Origin: Eledone cirrhosa
Taxonomy: Eukaryota
DNA length: 64,000 nt
Assembly (NCBI GenBank): GCA_964016885.1
Contig: OZ024761.1
Location: 31,372,001 to 31,436,000, forward strand
Reading direction: 5' to 3'
The notes below the pieces were generated by a model. It was not told the DNA's origin, did not search any database, and saw nothing but the letters and a program-made list of their open reading frames with translations. Every line of letters begins with the position of its first letter. Positions within the stretch are counted from its first letter, which is position 1. The position numbers and the translations under genes were made by a program. Of this stretch, positions 13,070 to 33,056 are shown one piece after another.

Positions 13070-13550
13070 CCAAAAATATCTACTCTAGAAATCTAACCAG
13101 GATATGTACCCCGAGATTCTAACCCAGGAATCTAACCAGGATATGTACCCCGAGATTCTACCCCAGCAATCTATCGCAGGGATTGTACTCCGAGATTCTA
13201 CCCCAGGAATCTATCGCAGGGATTGTACTCCGAGTTTCTAACCCAGGAATCTATTGCAGGGATTATACGCCGGAGTTCTACTCTAAAAATATCTACTCTA
13301 GAAAGCTAACCAGGATATGTACCCCGGAATTATACTCCAAGGTTCTACCCCAGGAATCTATCGCAGGGATTATACCCCGAGATTTTACCCCAAGAATATG
13401 TACCACAGGATTCTTTACCATCAAACTACCCTTACGAATCTACCACAGGGATATGTACCCGAGGAGTATTTACCCAAGTAATATCTACCCAAGAACATGC
13501 ACCAGGAATCATCTACCTCAGGATCATCTACCCGAGGAATATATATACAG
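13070..13550. repeat. Degenerate ~20/40-bp tandem repeat (CCCAGGAATCTATCGCAGGGATTGTACTCCGAGATTCTA-like)
   Basis: Recurring CCCAGGAATCTA and TACCCCGAGATTCTA blocks. Confidence 0.8.
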
Positions 13551-13724
13551 GATATATTTACGTCGTTATTCTATTTGCTAGAAATAGCAGCCAAATTTCC
13601 TACAGGTCACAACCCATCGTTTTATAACAAATACAAGACAGTCTATATATACTATATCTGAATAAAAGGCGAGATGGTCATGGTTGGAATGTCTTTGATT
13701 ATTTGTCTGCTGGATCAGACGCAT

Positions 13725-14112
13725 CAAATAATGTAGTCCTAGATACATTATGCCTGAATATACAATGATACATTAGCTAGTGTAGCCCTAGATCAACTAT
13801 GTCTGAATAAAAGACAAGACACATTAGATTATGTAGTCCTAGATACACTATGTCTGAATAAAAGACAGGACTCGTTAGATTATGTAGTCCTAGATACACT
13901 ATGTCTGAATAAAAGACAGGACTCGTTAGATTATGTAGTCCTAGATACACTGTCTGAACAAAAAACAGGACACATTAGATAATGTAATCTCAGATACACT
14001 AAGCCCGAATAAAAGACAAGACACCAAATAATGTAGTCCAAGGTACACTGTCTGAATAAACAACAGAACATATTAGATACTGTAGTCCTAGATACACTAC
14101 GTCTGAATAAAG
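13725..14112. repeat. ~51-bp tandem minisatellite, ~7.5 copies
   Basis: TTATGTAGTCCTAGATACACTATGTCTGAATAAAAGACAGGACTCGTTAGA starts at 13829, 13880 and 13931, with diverged flanking copies. Confidence 0.9.
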
Positions 14113-14129
14113 CACTCAATGAAGTTTGA

Positions 14130-14270
14130 CCTTACACCAAATTTGCTGGCCTTGTGCCTAAATTAAAAATCAACATCGGCAGAATTGGTAGAGCGTCGGA
14201 TAGAATTTAATAAAGCTTGCATCTCCTACCAAAATTTACTAGCCTTTGTCCTAAATTAGAAACCAATATT
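14130..14270 (+). mobile_element. SINE fragments (3' end and A-box region)
   Basis: TTGCTGGCCTTGTGCCTAAATTA and GGCAGAATTGGTAGAGCGTCGGA match parts of the SINE at 57915-58125. Confidence 0.6.
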
Positions 14271-14631
14271 GTTGTTGCTGCCGCTGCCGCTTCATCGAAC
14301 TATCGATCTGTTTTTCCATTGAGTTGGCGACTTTCTACATGAAAGTTTTACCTAGACACCGCAACATCTCCAGAATTCGATGAAGCCTTTTTGCTGGAGA
14401 AAGAGAGAGTGAGTGGGAGAGAGAAGGAGGGAGAGTGTGAGGGAGTGAGAGAGAGAGAGAGAGGGGTTTCAGTCACGCCTCAAACTTTCAATTAGACAAT
14501 GCTTGCCAGTTATTCGATATTCGATTTTCTTTTAAAACTTTGTATGTTTTTCTCTTCTCGTCGTTGATTGATTTATTTCATTAGAGAATGTAACATCTTA
14601 AGAAGAAAAAGAAACGAAAAAAAACACACAT

Positions 14632-14672
<41 letters not shown>

Positions 14673-15224
14673 CACACGTACACACACAACAAAAACCACG
14701 ATCAATTATAACCACAAAATCCTTTGATCACAAACAAGAAAACTTCGTCGATTTGTTTGGTAATTTAGAAAAAAAATATTTTATTTAAAAATAAATTAAA
14801 ATCAAATAGGTGAATGTGAATAAACCAATTAAGTGTCTCTAATGATTACCTGTAAACCGTTTATTAATTATTTACGGGATATTGGTGAAGGTAATACTGT
14901 CATTTTATACTGAAATTCTCAATTTAATGAGCATATCAATCTCCAGGCTTCTTTGTTTTATCGAAAGCTAAAACATTCATTCATTCACATCTGCAGACAT
15001 ACTCACTCATAAACATACACACACACACACACATACATGCAAACAAACCTGCGACTCAGTTCGGATCTAGCTGTTGAAACACAACCGTCGGTGTCTCGAA
15101 TCCTTCATATTACTCTACTACCCCAAATATCGAGTACTCTGGTGAGTAATGGTCGCACAGGTTTTTACTGCATCCATTCTAATATATATATATATATTTA
15201 TATATATATAACAAAGAAAGTGTG

Positions 15225-16055
15225 ATAAGATACCAGGTGAACCATAACGCACCAGAGTACTCAATACTTAGGATAGTAGAGTGGGTAATAGGAAAAGCGT
15301 CAACCTGTTCTTTTGAAGGGGTGTCATTTACAGGGATTGAGCTTTTGCCCGAAGCTGCGATAAACTGGTTTAGGATCTCTGGCAAACAATCTATTTAGCA
15401 CTTGTCGTTTATGTGCTGTTGACTTATATTTTAGTCTTTCTGTTGTAGCTGTGAGTTGTTGTTTCAACTGGTGTAATTTGGAGTTCAAAGTTTTTAATTT
15501 TGTATCTCCAAATCGTCTCTCTAACTTTTTTTTTAGGTCTTCCTGGTGTCGTGTGAAGTTGCTCTCTATGTTGCATTTCATAACGACTGCGATGTGTGAG
15601 ATACTTCGTCTCAGGGACAAAATTTTGCTTTTTAAATTTCGCATGCACGCTGGTTCAGGATTTCTGTTTGTATCTTGATTGCGTGGCAAATGATTTTTTC
15701 AATGTCTTGGAATTTAGTCCACGCTTGCTTTTTTCCATCCACTGAATTATTTTGGTATAAGTTCCCTGTGTCCACGCATCGCCTGGGAACTTAGCTGAGA
15801 ATAGACTTCCTGATGACGAAAGGATTTCTCCATGTGTTCCATTCGGGAACCATGTTTATTCCCTTTCAGAAACTAATTAGTTGGAGTGAAATTTTAGTAA
15901 GTAAGTTAATTTTTATAATTTTCTTATTTTACGTCTTTCATATAATTGTTCTGCATCCCCTTGCATTGAACCACAAAGTGACTAAGACAAAACCTATATA
16001 TTTGCTAGCATAGGTATGCATCTGTATATATATGTTGGTAGATATACTAATTCTT
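15225..16055 (-). mobile_element. Internally deleted non-LTR retrotransposon remnant, probably R4/Dong-like (5' region joined to a putative 3' UTR)
   Basis: ORF 15324..15689 ends RQVLNRLFARDPKPVYRSF and is followed in another frame by TPSKEQVDAF. This resembles the pre-RT 'NRLF..xK.xYR...P....xF(W)' region of R4-clade proteins (recalled family knowledge). 15690-16055 is homologous to 49064-49450. Confidence 0.55.
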
Positions 16056-16105
16056 TATATATATATATATGTATATATATGCATATATATATATGTATAT
16101 ATATG

Positions 16106-16136
<31 letters not shown>

Positions 16137-16137
16137 G

Positions 16138-16170
<33 letters not shown>

Positions 16171-16495
16171 GTATATATATATGTATATATATATATATGT
16201 ATATATATATGTATATATATATATGTATATATATGTATATATATATGTATATATATATGAAAATATATATGTATATATATATATATGTATATATATATGT
16301 GTATATATATATGAAAATATATATGTATATATATATATATGTATATATATATGTATATATATGTATATGTATATATATATGTATGTATATGTATATGTAT
16401 ATATATATGTATGTATATATATATGTATATATATATGTATACATATATATATATATGTATATATATATATATGTATGTATATATATATATGTATG

Positions 16496-16531
<36 letters not shown>

Positions 16532-16542
16532 TATACATACAT

Positions 16543-16906
16543 AAGGAAAACTCTGATATAACACCTGCAACCCTGATGGTATCCAATGATATTGACTTGT
16601 TCTTCTTTTTGGTAAATATCATCTTGGTTAAGAGAGTGGGACTGAATTTGTGCAGTGCCTTTGCTCACTATAAAAGCTTCACGGCACAGGCATTGTTTTA
16701 TATCTGGAGATCTCTCTGCACTTGTCGTCACATGGTACCATGGGCCCAGCACTATGTGTCAATAATTGTCACAAGTGTAGTGTTTGTACCATAGTTTTCA
16801 AGTCGCTGGCTGGACTAAAAAGTCACACTTGTTCAGCGTATCCGTAGGGCTTCTGCTACATGGATATAAAGTAGTGGCCGTACTCGAAAACGAGTTGGCA
16901 GCCACC
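16543..16906 (+). mobile_element. Non-autonomous RTE-derived element, copy 2 (5'-truncated)
   Basis: Matches 6222-6583 and has the same 3' end GCAGCCACC(AT)n. Confidence 0.87.
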
Positions 16907-16999
16907 ATATATATGTATATATATATATATATGTATATGTATATATATATGTATATGTATATATGTATATGTATATATATATATGTATATATATATATG

Positions 17000-17030
<31 letters not shown>

Positions 17031-17041
17031 GTATATATATG

Positions 17042-17072
<31 letters not shown>

Positions 17073-17107
17073 GTATAGATATGTATATATATGTATGTAT
17101 ATATATG

Positions 17108-17154
<47 letters not shown>

Positions 17155-17501
17155 GTATATATATGTATATATATATATATGTATATAATATATATGTATA
17201 TATATATATATGTATATATATGTATATGTATATATATATAATGTTATATATATATGTATATATATGTATATATATGTATATATATGTATATATATATGTA
17301 TATATATGTATATATATGTATATATATGTATATGTATGTATATGTATGTATATGTATATATATGTATATATATGTATATATATGTATTATATGTATATAT
17401 ATGTATATATATGTATATATATGTATATATATGTATATATATGTATATATATGTATATATATGTATATATATATATGTATATATATGTATATATATATAT
17501 G

Positions 17502-17533
<32 letters not shown>

Positions 17534-17742
17534 TATGTATATGTATATATATATATGTATATATATATGTATATATATGTATATATATGTATATATATAT
17601 GTATATATATATATGTATATATATGTATATATATGTATATTATGTATATATATGTATATATATATGTATATATATATATGTATATATATAAGGGCGGTGC
17701 CCCAGCATGGCCTCAGCCGGATGGCTGAAACAGGTAAAAGAG

Positions 17743-17773
<31 letters not shown>

Positions 17774-17793
17774 GTATGTATGTATGTATATAT

Positions 17794-17834
<41 letters not shown>

Positions 17835-18054
17835 ATATGTATGTATATGTATGTATGTATGTATATATATATGTATGTATATATATATGTATGTATATAT
17901 ATATGTATTATATGTATATTATATATATGTATATATATATGTATATGTATATGTATATGTATATATATATGTATATATATATGTATATATATATGTATAT
18001 ATAATGTATATATATATGTATATATATATGTATATATATATGTATATATATATG

Positions 18055-18085
<31 letters not shown>

Positions 18086-18133
18086 GTAATATATATATAT
18101 GTATATATATATATATGTATACATATATATATG

Positions 18134-18180
<47 letters not shown>

Positions 18181-18195
18181 GTATATATATATATG

Positions 18196-18274
<79 letters not shown>

Positions 18275-18303
18275 GTATATATATATATGTATATATATAT
18301 ATG

Positions 18304-18382
<79 letters not shown>

Positions 18383-18429
18383 GTATATATATATATGTAT
18401 ATATATATATATGTATATATTATATATAT

Positions 18430-18476
<47 letters not shown>

Positions 18477-18639
18477 GTATATATATATATGTATATATGT
18501 ATATGTATATATGTATATATATATATATGTATATATATGTATATATGTATATATATATATATGTATATATGTATAATATATATATGTAATATATATATAT
18601 GTATATGTATATATATGTATATATATATATATGTATATG

Positions 18640-18692
<53 letters not shown>

Positions 18693-18792
18693 GTATATAT
18701 GTATATATGTATATTATATATATATGTATAATATATAGTGTATATATGTATATATATGTATATATATATATGTATGTATATATATATATACG

Positions 18793-18823
<31 letters not shown>

Positions 18824-18915
18824 GTATATATATATATATATATATACGTATATATATATGTATATATATATATATACGTATATATATATATATATATATA
18901 CGTATACTATATATG

Positions 18916-18954
<39 letters not shown>

Positions 18955-20455
18955 GTATATATATATTGTATATATATATATATATACGTATATATATGTG
19001 TATATATATATATATATATATGTATATGTATATATAAATATACGTATATATATATGTATATATATATATATAAGTATATGTATATATATATATACGTATA
19101 TATATATGTATTTATATATGTATATATATATGTGTATATGTATGTGTATATGATATATATATATATGTATATATATATGTATATATATATGTGTATATGT
19201 ATATATATATGTGTATATGTATATATATATGTGTATATGTATATGTATATATATATGTATATATATATGTATATATATATGTATATATATATGTATATAT
19301 ATATGTATATATATATGTATATATATATGTATATATATATGTATATATATATGTATATATATATGTGTATATGTAATATATATATGTGTATATGTATATG
19401 TATACTATATGTGTATATATATATGTAGTATATATATGTATATATGTATGTATATATGTATATATATATGTATAATGCATATATATATGTATATATGTAT
19501 ATATATATATGTATATATATATGTGTATATATGTATATATGTGTATATAGTATATATATATATGTATATATGTGTATATATGTATATATATATGTATATA
19601 TATATAATGTATATATGTATATATATTATATATTATATGTATATATATATGTATATATGTATATATATATGTATATATATGTATATATATATGTATATAT
19701 ATATGTATATATATATGTATATGTATATATATATGTAATGTATATATATATGTATATGTATATATATATGTATATATATATGTATATGTATATATATATG
19801 TATATATATATGTATATATATGTATATGTATATATATATGTATATGTATATATATATTGTATATGTATATATATATGTATATATATATGTATATGTATAT
19901 ATATATGTATATGTATATATATATGTATATGTATATTTATATGTATTGTATATGTATATATATAGTATATATATATGTATATGTATATATATATGTATAT
20001 GTATATATATATTTATATGTATATATATATATGTATATATATGTATATATATATGTATATGTATATATATATGTATATGTATATATATATGTATATGTAT
20101 ATAGTATATGTATATGTATATGTATATATATATATATATGTATATTATATATGTATATGTATATATATATGTATATGTATATATATATGTATATTTATAT
20201 ATATATGTATATGTATATATATATGTATATGTATGTATATGTATATGTATATGTATATATATATATGTATATATATATGTATATATATATATGTATATAT
20301 ATATGTATATATATATGTATTATATATGTATATATATATATGTATACATATATATATATGTATATATATATATGTATACATATATATATATGTATATGTA
20401 TATATGTATATGTATATATGTATATATATATGTATATATATATGTATATATATAA
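16907..20455. repeat. Very long (TA)/(TATG) microsatellite field
   Basis: Low-complexity TA/TG sequence, interrupted only at 17690-17742. Confidence 0.97.
17690..17742 (+). mobile_element. Extreme 5'-truncated CR1-group LINE (last ~50 bp)
   Basis: AAGGGCGGTGCCCCAGCATGGCCTCAGCCGGATGGCTGAAACAGGTAAAAGAG is identical to the 3' end at 35523-35575. Confidence 0.9.
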
Positions 20456-20979
20456 AATATTAAACAAATAATGAATAAAACAATGAAACAGTTCCTTATA
20501 TTAAACAAAAAAAGTTCATTATTTAACGATCGTTTCTAGGATATATATGTGTTAGAATTGGCATACGGATTGGACACTACCGTAAACTCTTGGTAGATTT
20601 ATCTACATTATGTATATATATATATATATGTATATATATATGTATGTATATATATATGTATGTATATATATATGTATGTATATATGTATGTTATATATAT
20701 ATGTATATATGTATGTATATATATATGTATATATATATGTATGTATGTATATATGTATGTATGTATATATGTATGTATATATGTATGTATATATGTATGT
20801 ATATATATATGTATGTATATATATATGTATGTATATATATATGTATGTATATATATATGTATGTATATATATATGGATGTATATATGTATGTATGTATGT
20901 ATATATATATATATATGTATGTATGTATGTATATATGTATGTATATATGTATGTATGTATATATATATATATATGTATG

Positions 20980-21011
<32 letters not shown>

Positions 21012-21037
21012 TATATGTATGTATATATATATGTATG

Positions 21038-21069
<32 letters not shown>

Positions 21070-21417
21070 TATATGTATGTATATATATATGTATGTATAT
21101 ATGTATGTATATATATATGTATGTATATATATATGTATATATATATGGATGTATATATGTATGTATGTATATATGTATGTATGTATATATATATGTATGT
21201 ATATGTATGTATGTATATATGTATGTATGTATATATATATGTATGTATATATAATATATATATGTATGTATGTATATATGTATGTATATATGTATGTATA
21301 TATATATATATATGTATGTATGTATGTATGTATATATGTATGTATATATGTAGTATGTATATATATATATATATGTATGTATATATATATATATATATGT
21401 ATAATGTATGTATATAT

Positions 21418-21449
<32 letters not shown>

Positions 21450-21465
21450 TGTATGTATATATGTA

Positions 21466-21501
<36 letters not shown>

Positions 21502-21665
21502 TATATGTATGTATGTATATATATATGTATGTATATATATATGTATGTATATATGTATGTATGTATATATATATGTATGTATATATATATGTATGTATAT
21601 ATATATGTATGTATATATATATGTATATATATATATATGTATGTATATATATATGTATGTATATA

Positions 21666-21701
<36 letters not shown>

Positions 21702-22112
21702 TGTATGTATGTATGTATGTATGTATGTATGTATGTATGTATGTATGTATGTATGTATGTATGTATGTATGTATGTATGTATGTATGTATGTATGTATGT
21801 ATGTATGTATGTATGTATGTATATATGTGTGTATATATGTGTATATATGTGTATATATATGTATGTATATATATATGTATGTATATAAATATGTGTATAT
21901 ATATGTAATGTATATATATATGTGTATATATATTATGTATAATATGTATATATATAACATATATAGTAAGAAACACAGTAAACCGTGTGTCTAAAATTAC
22001 AAGGGTTGAAAAACCACATATGCTTGAAATATTTAACCAAGAAACAGACAGAATGACAAATGAAAATAAAAATCTATTATCATAATAATACAACCGCCTC
22101 AATAACCATTAT

Positions 22113-22193
22113 ATCTCTCGGACAGATTATCCCTAATCTGTTTCGCCCTGAGTGTGTTTGTAACAGATAATCCTGGCTTCATCAGCGAGAGAT
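22113..22193 (-). ncRNA. Type I hammerhead ribozyme (family E)
   Basis: Reverse complement of the 22555-22636 motif; stem II GCC/GGC. Confidence 0.88.
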
Positions 22194-22554
22194 TGCGATT
22201 AAATGTCACAAACACTATTTGCCAACGTTCACACAGAAAGATGAATTTGTCACCTCGTGCTCCGCCAGTCAAACGTGGTAAGCGCGTATTGAACAGAAAT
22301 AACAGTCCAACACGCACAACCTAAATGCTCAACTTGCAAGGGAGCAGAAATATATATATATGAATTAGAACCCTGTAACATAAGCTCTAAGTATAAAGTA
22401 CAAATAAATACTGAGCCGATTAACAATATATAGTAAGAAACACAGTAAACCGTGTGTCTAAAATTACAAGGGTTGAAAACTGGCGGAACTCGAGGTGATA
22501 AATTCATCTTTCTGTGTGAACGTTGGCAAATAGTGTTTGTGACATTTAATCGCA

Positions 22555-22636
22555 ATCTCTCGCTGATGAAGCCCAGGCTTATCTGTTACAAACACACTCA
22601 GGGCGAAACAGATTAGGGATAATCTGTCCGAGAGAT
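22555..22636 (+). ncRNA. Type I hammerhead ribozyme (family E) with full stem III
   Basis: ATCTCTCG-CTGATGA-A-GCCC...GGGC-GAAA-CAGATTA-GGGA-TAATCTG-TC-CGAGAGAT: 8-bp stem I, 4-bp stem II, 7-bp stem III, GUC site. Confidence 0.93.
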
Positions 22637-22947
22637 ATAATGGTTATTGAGGCGGTTTGTATTATTATGATAATATATTTTTATTTTCATTTTGTCATTC
22701 TGTCTGTTTCTTGGTTAAATATTTCAAGCATATGTGGTTTTTCAACCATTGTAATTTTAGACACACGGTTTACTGTGTTTCTTACTATATATTGTTAATC
22801 GGCTCAGTATTTATTTGTACTTTATACTTAGAGCTTAATGGTTACAGGGTTCTAATTCATATATATATATATGTATATATATATATGTATGTATTTATAT
22901 ATGTATGTATATATATATGTATGTATATATATATGTATGTATATATA

Positions 22948-23403
22948 TCAAAAGGCAAAGGAGCTCTTAAGAGTCAATGGCCATCCAAAATCACCGGGAG
23001 AGATGACCCCTTAGCCTTTGTCAAGGCAGAATTCTAGGAGAAGGAAAACTCTGATATAACACCTGCAACCCTGATGGTATCCAATGATGTTGACTTGTTC
23101 TTCTTTTTGGTAAATATCATCTTGGTTAAGAGAGTGGGACTGGCTTTGTGCAGTGCCTTTGCTCACTATAAAGCTTCACGGCACAGGCATTGCTTTATAT
23201 CTGGAGATCTCTCTGCATTTGTCGTCACATGGTACCATGGGCCCAGCACTATGTGTCAATAATTGTCACAAGTGTAGTGTTTGTACCAGAGCTTTCAAGT
23301 CGCTGGCTGGACTAAAAAGTCACACTCGTTCAGCGCATCAGTAGGGGTTCTCCTACATGGATATAAAGTAGTGGCCGTACTCGAAAACGAGTTGGCAGCC
23401 ACC
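22948..23403 (+). mobile_element. Non-autonomous RTE-derived element, copy 3
   Basis: Matches 44474-44930; same 3' end. Confidence 0.87.
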
Positions 23404-24049
23404 ATGTATATATATATGTATATATATATATATGTATGTATATATATATGTATGTATATAAATATGTATATAAATATGTATATATTATATGTATGTATAT
23501 ATATATGTATGTATATAAATATGTATATATATATGTATGTATATATGTATGTATATAAATATGTATATATATAAATATGTATATATATATGTATGTATAT
23601 ATATATATGTATATATATATGTATGTATATATATATGTATATATATATATGTATGTATGTATATATGTATATATATAAATATGTATATATGTATATATAT
23701 AATATGTATGTATATATATATGTATGTATATATATATATGTATATATATATATGTATGTATATATATATATGTATATATATATGTATGTATATATATATG
23801 TATATATATGTATGTATATAAATATGTATATATGTATATATATATGTATGTATATAAATATGTATATATGTATATATATAAATATGATGTATATATATAA
23901 ATATGTATATATATATATATGTATGTATATAAATATGTATATATATATGTATGTATATAAATATGTATATATGTATGTATATAAATATGTATATATGTAT
24001 ATGTATATTATGTATATGTATGTATATAAATATGTATATATATATATAT

Positions 24050-24474
24050 ATCCAAAATCACTGGGAGAGATGACCCCTTAGCCTTTGTCAAGGCAGAATT
24101 CTAGGAGAAGGAAAACTCTGATATAACACCTGCAACCCTGTTGGTATCCAATGATGTTGACTTGTTCTTCTTTTTGGTAAATATCGTCTTGGTTAAGAGA
24201 GTGGGACTGGCTTTGTGCAGTGCCTTTGCTCACTATAAAAGCTTCACAGCACAGGCATTGCTTTATATCTGGAGATCTCTCTGCACTTGTCATCACATGG
24301 TACCATGGGCCCTGCACTATGTGTCAATAATGGTCACAAGTGTAGTCTTTGTACCAGAGTTTTCAAGTCGCTGGCTGGACTAAAAAGTCACATTCGTTCA
24401 GCGCATCGGTAGGGGTTCTCCTACATGGATATAAAGTAGTGGCCGTACTCGAAAACGAGTTGGCAGCCACCACC
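24050..24474 (+). mobile_element. Non-autonomous RTE-derived element, copy 4
   Basis: Matches 6164-6583; 3' end GCCACCACC(AT)n. Confidence 0.87.
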
Positions 24475-31075
<6,601 letters not shown>

Positions 31076-31287
31076 TGTATATATATATGTACACTTACAT
31101 ACATATATGTATACAGGCGTACAGTAGTATGTATATATATATACATACATGCACACATATATATATGTACGTATGGATTCACCGAACATTTATTATAATC
31201 TTCGGTGTGTTTGTAAACAAACGTCCCGTATTAAGCCGTAGTGTCTAGCAACCATCGTTGCTCCTTTGTTCAACACTGACAAAGGAA

Positions 31288-31328
31288 CGCTGTACTAGTT
31301 TCAAGCTTATTAACTATCGTCAGCAACA
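31288..31328 (-). ncRNA. Minimal type I hammerhead ribozyme (family G)
   Basis: Minus: TGTTG-CTGACGA-T-AGTT-AATA-AGCT-T-GAAA-CTAG-TA-CAGCG; palindrome ACTAGT; GUA site. Confidence 0.8.
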
Positions 31329-31706
31329 TACCTTCCTGCCAGATTGTTGAACGTATGTACTTACCTTATGCATATTAACGGCTGAGTAGCCCAATTTTCA
31401 TATCGAGTGGGTTAATCGCCGGGTGCACCGAAAACGATAAACGGAAAAAAATTCATTTCCCACTCTTAGTACGGCTGTTACTTAAATATAAGTATGTACA
31501 CGTACATACATATACGTATACAGACGTACAGTAGTATGTATATATATATATACATACATGCACACACATATATATATATATATATATGTACGTATGGATT
31601 TACCGAACATTTATTATAATGCTCGGTGTGTTTGTAAACAAACATCCGTATTAAGCCGTAGTGTCTAGCAACCATCGTTGCTCGTTTGTTCAACACTGAC
31701 AAAGGA

Positions 31707-31749
31707 ACGCTATACTAGCTTCAAGCTTATTAGCTATCGTCAGCAACGT
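31707..31749 (-). ncRNA. Minimal hammerhead (family G), GAAA>GAAG variant
   Basis: Minus: ACGTTG-CTGACGA-T-AGCT-AATA-AGCT-T-GAAG-CTAG-TA-TAGCGT. Confidence 0.7.
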
Positions 31750-31768
31750 ATACCTTCCTGCCAGAGGA

Positions 31769-32000
31769 GCTCCACTGAAGATGCTCTTCAGAAGCTCCTT
31801 GGCTAGCGATGTACTACCCAGGGAGATGAAAGAAGGCACAATATGCCCTATCCATAAAGGAGGAAGCAGAGCGGAGACCAAAAACTATAGGCCAGTCTCC
31901 TGACGTCGCATATCAGTATGGTCATGGAGCGAGTCAGAAAGAAACTGATCACTTTCCTCGATGAAAATGACGGCCTGACTAGCACGCAACATGGCTTCCG
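31769..32000 (+). mobile_element. Internal RT fragment of the CR1-group LINE
   Basis: Near-identical to ~33996-34229 (CTCCACTGAAGATGCTCTTCAGAAG...CACGCAACATG). Confidence 0.9.
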
Positions 32001-32002
32001 TT

Positions 32003-32053
32003 AGTTTCAGAAGATCCCGTTAAGGGTGAAAGCAGCGATTCTTTGCTTAAACT
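32003..32053 (+). ncRNA. Non-canonical hammerhead-like motif (family D)
   Basis: AGTTT-CAGAAGA-T-CCC-GTTAA-GGG-T-GAAA-GCA...TGC-TT-AAACT. Three stems are present, but the core is CAGAAGA and the site CUU. Confidence 0.6.
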
Positions 32054-32499
32054 TTAATCTGTTATTTTAATAAATATATATTTGTACATATATATATATA
32101 TATATATGTACATATATATATGTACATATATATATACATATATTATATATACATATATATACATATATATATATATGTACATATATATATATATGTACAT
32201 ATATATCTATATGTAAATATATATGTACATATATATATATATATATGTACATATATATATATGTACATAGGTATATGTATATGTACATATATATATATAT
32301 GTACATATATATATATATGTACATATATATATATATGTACATATATATATATATGTACATATATATATATATATGTACATGTATGTATATATATATGTAT
32401 ATATATATATGTACATGTATATATATATATATGTACATATATATATGTACATATATATATGTACATATATATATATATATGTACATATATATATATATA

Positions 32500-32585
<86 letters not shown>

Positions 32586-32751
32586 TATATATATATATGT
32601 ACATATATATATATATATGTATATATATATACATATATGTATATATATGTATACATTTATTTAGTCAAATACGGCGACAGCTTACATTTATAATTTCATA
32701 TATATATGTATATATATATACATATATATATATATATACATATATATATAC

Positions 32752-32962
<211 letters not shown>

Positions 32963-32965
32963 CAT

Positions 32966-33009
<44 letters not shown>

Positions 33010-33056
33010 GATATATATATATATATATATATAGATATAGATATATATATACATAT

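Larger units (their letters stand above)
21957..22862. mobile_element. PLE pseudo-LTR cluster (family E): minus copy, partial tandem minus copy, and inverted plus copy
   Basis: 21960-22269 is the reverse complement of ~22479-22790. 22427-22479 repeats 21960-22013 directly. 22350-22479 is the reverse complement of ~22737-22862. Confidence 0.85.

Noticed and set aside
20515-20545. Half hammerhead on minus strand (GAAA-CGATCG-TT-AAATAA)
   Set aside because: The palindromic stem III is suggestive, but no CUGANGA is present upstream; possibly a truncated pLTR, not called.
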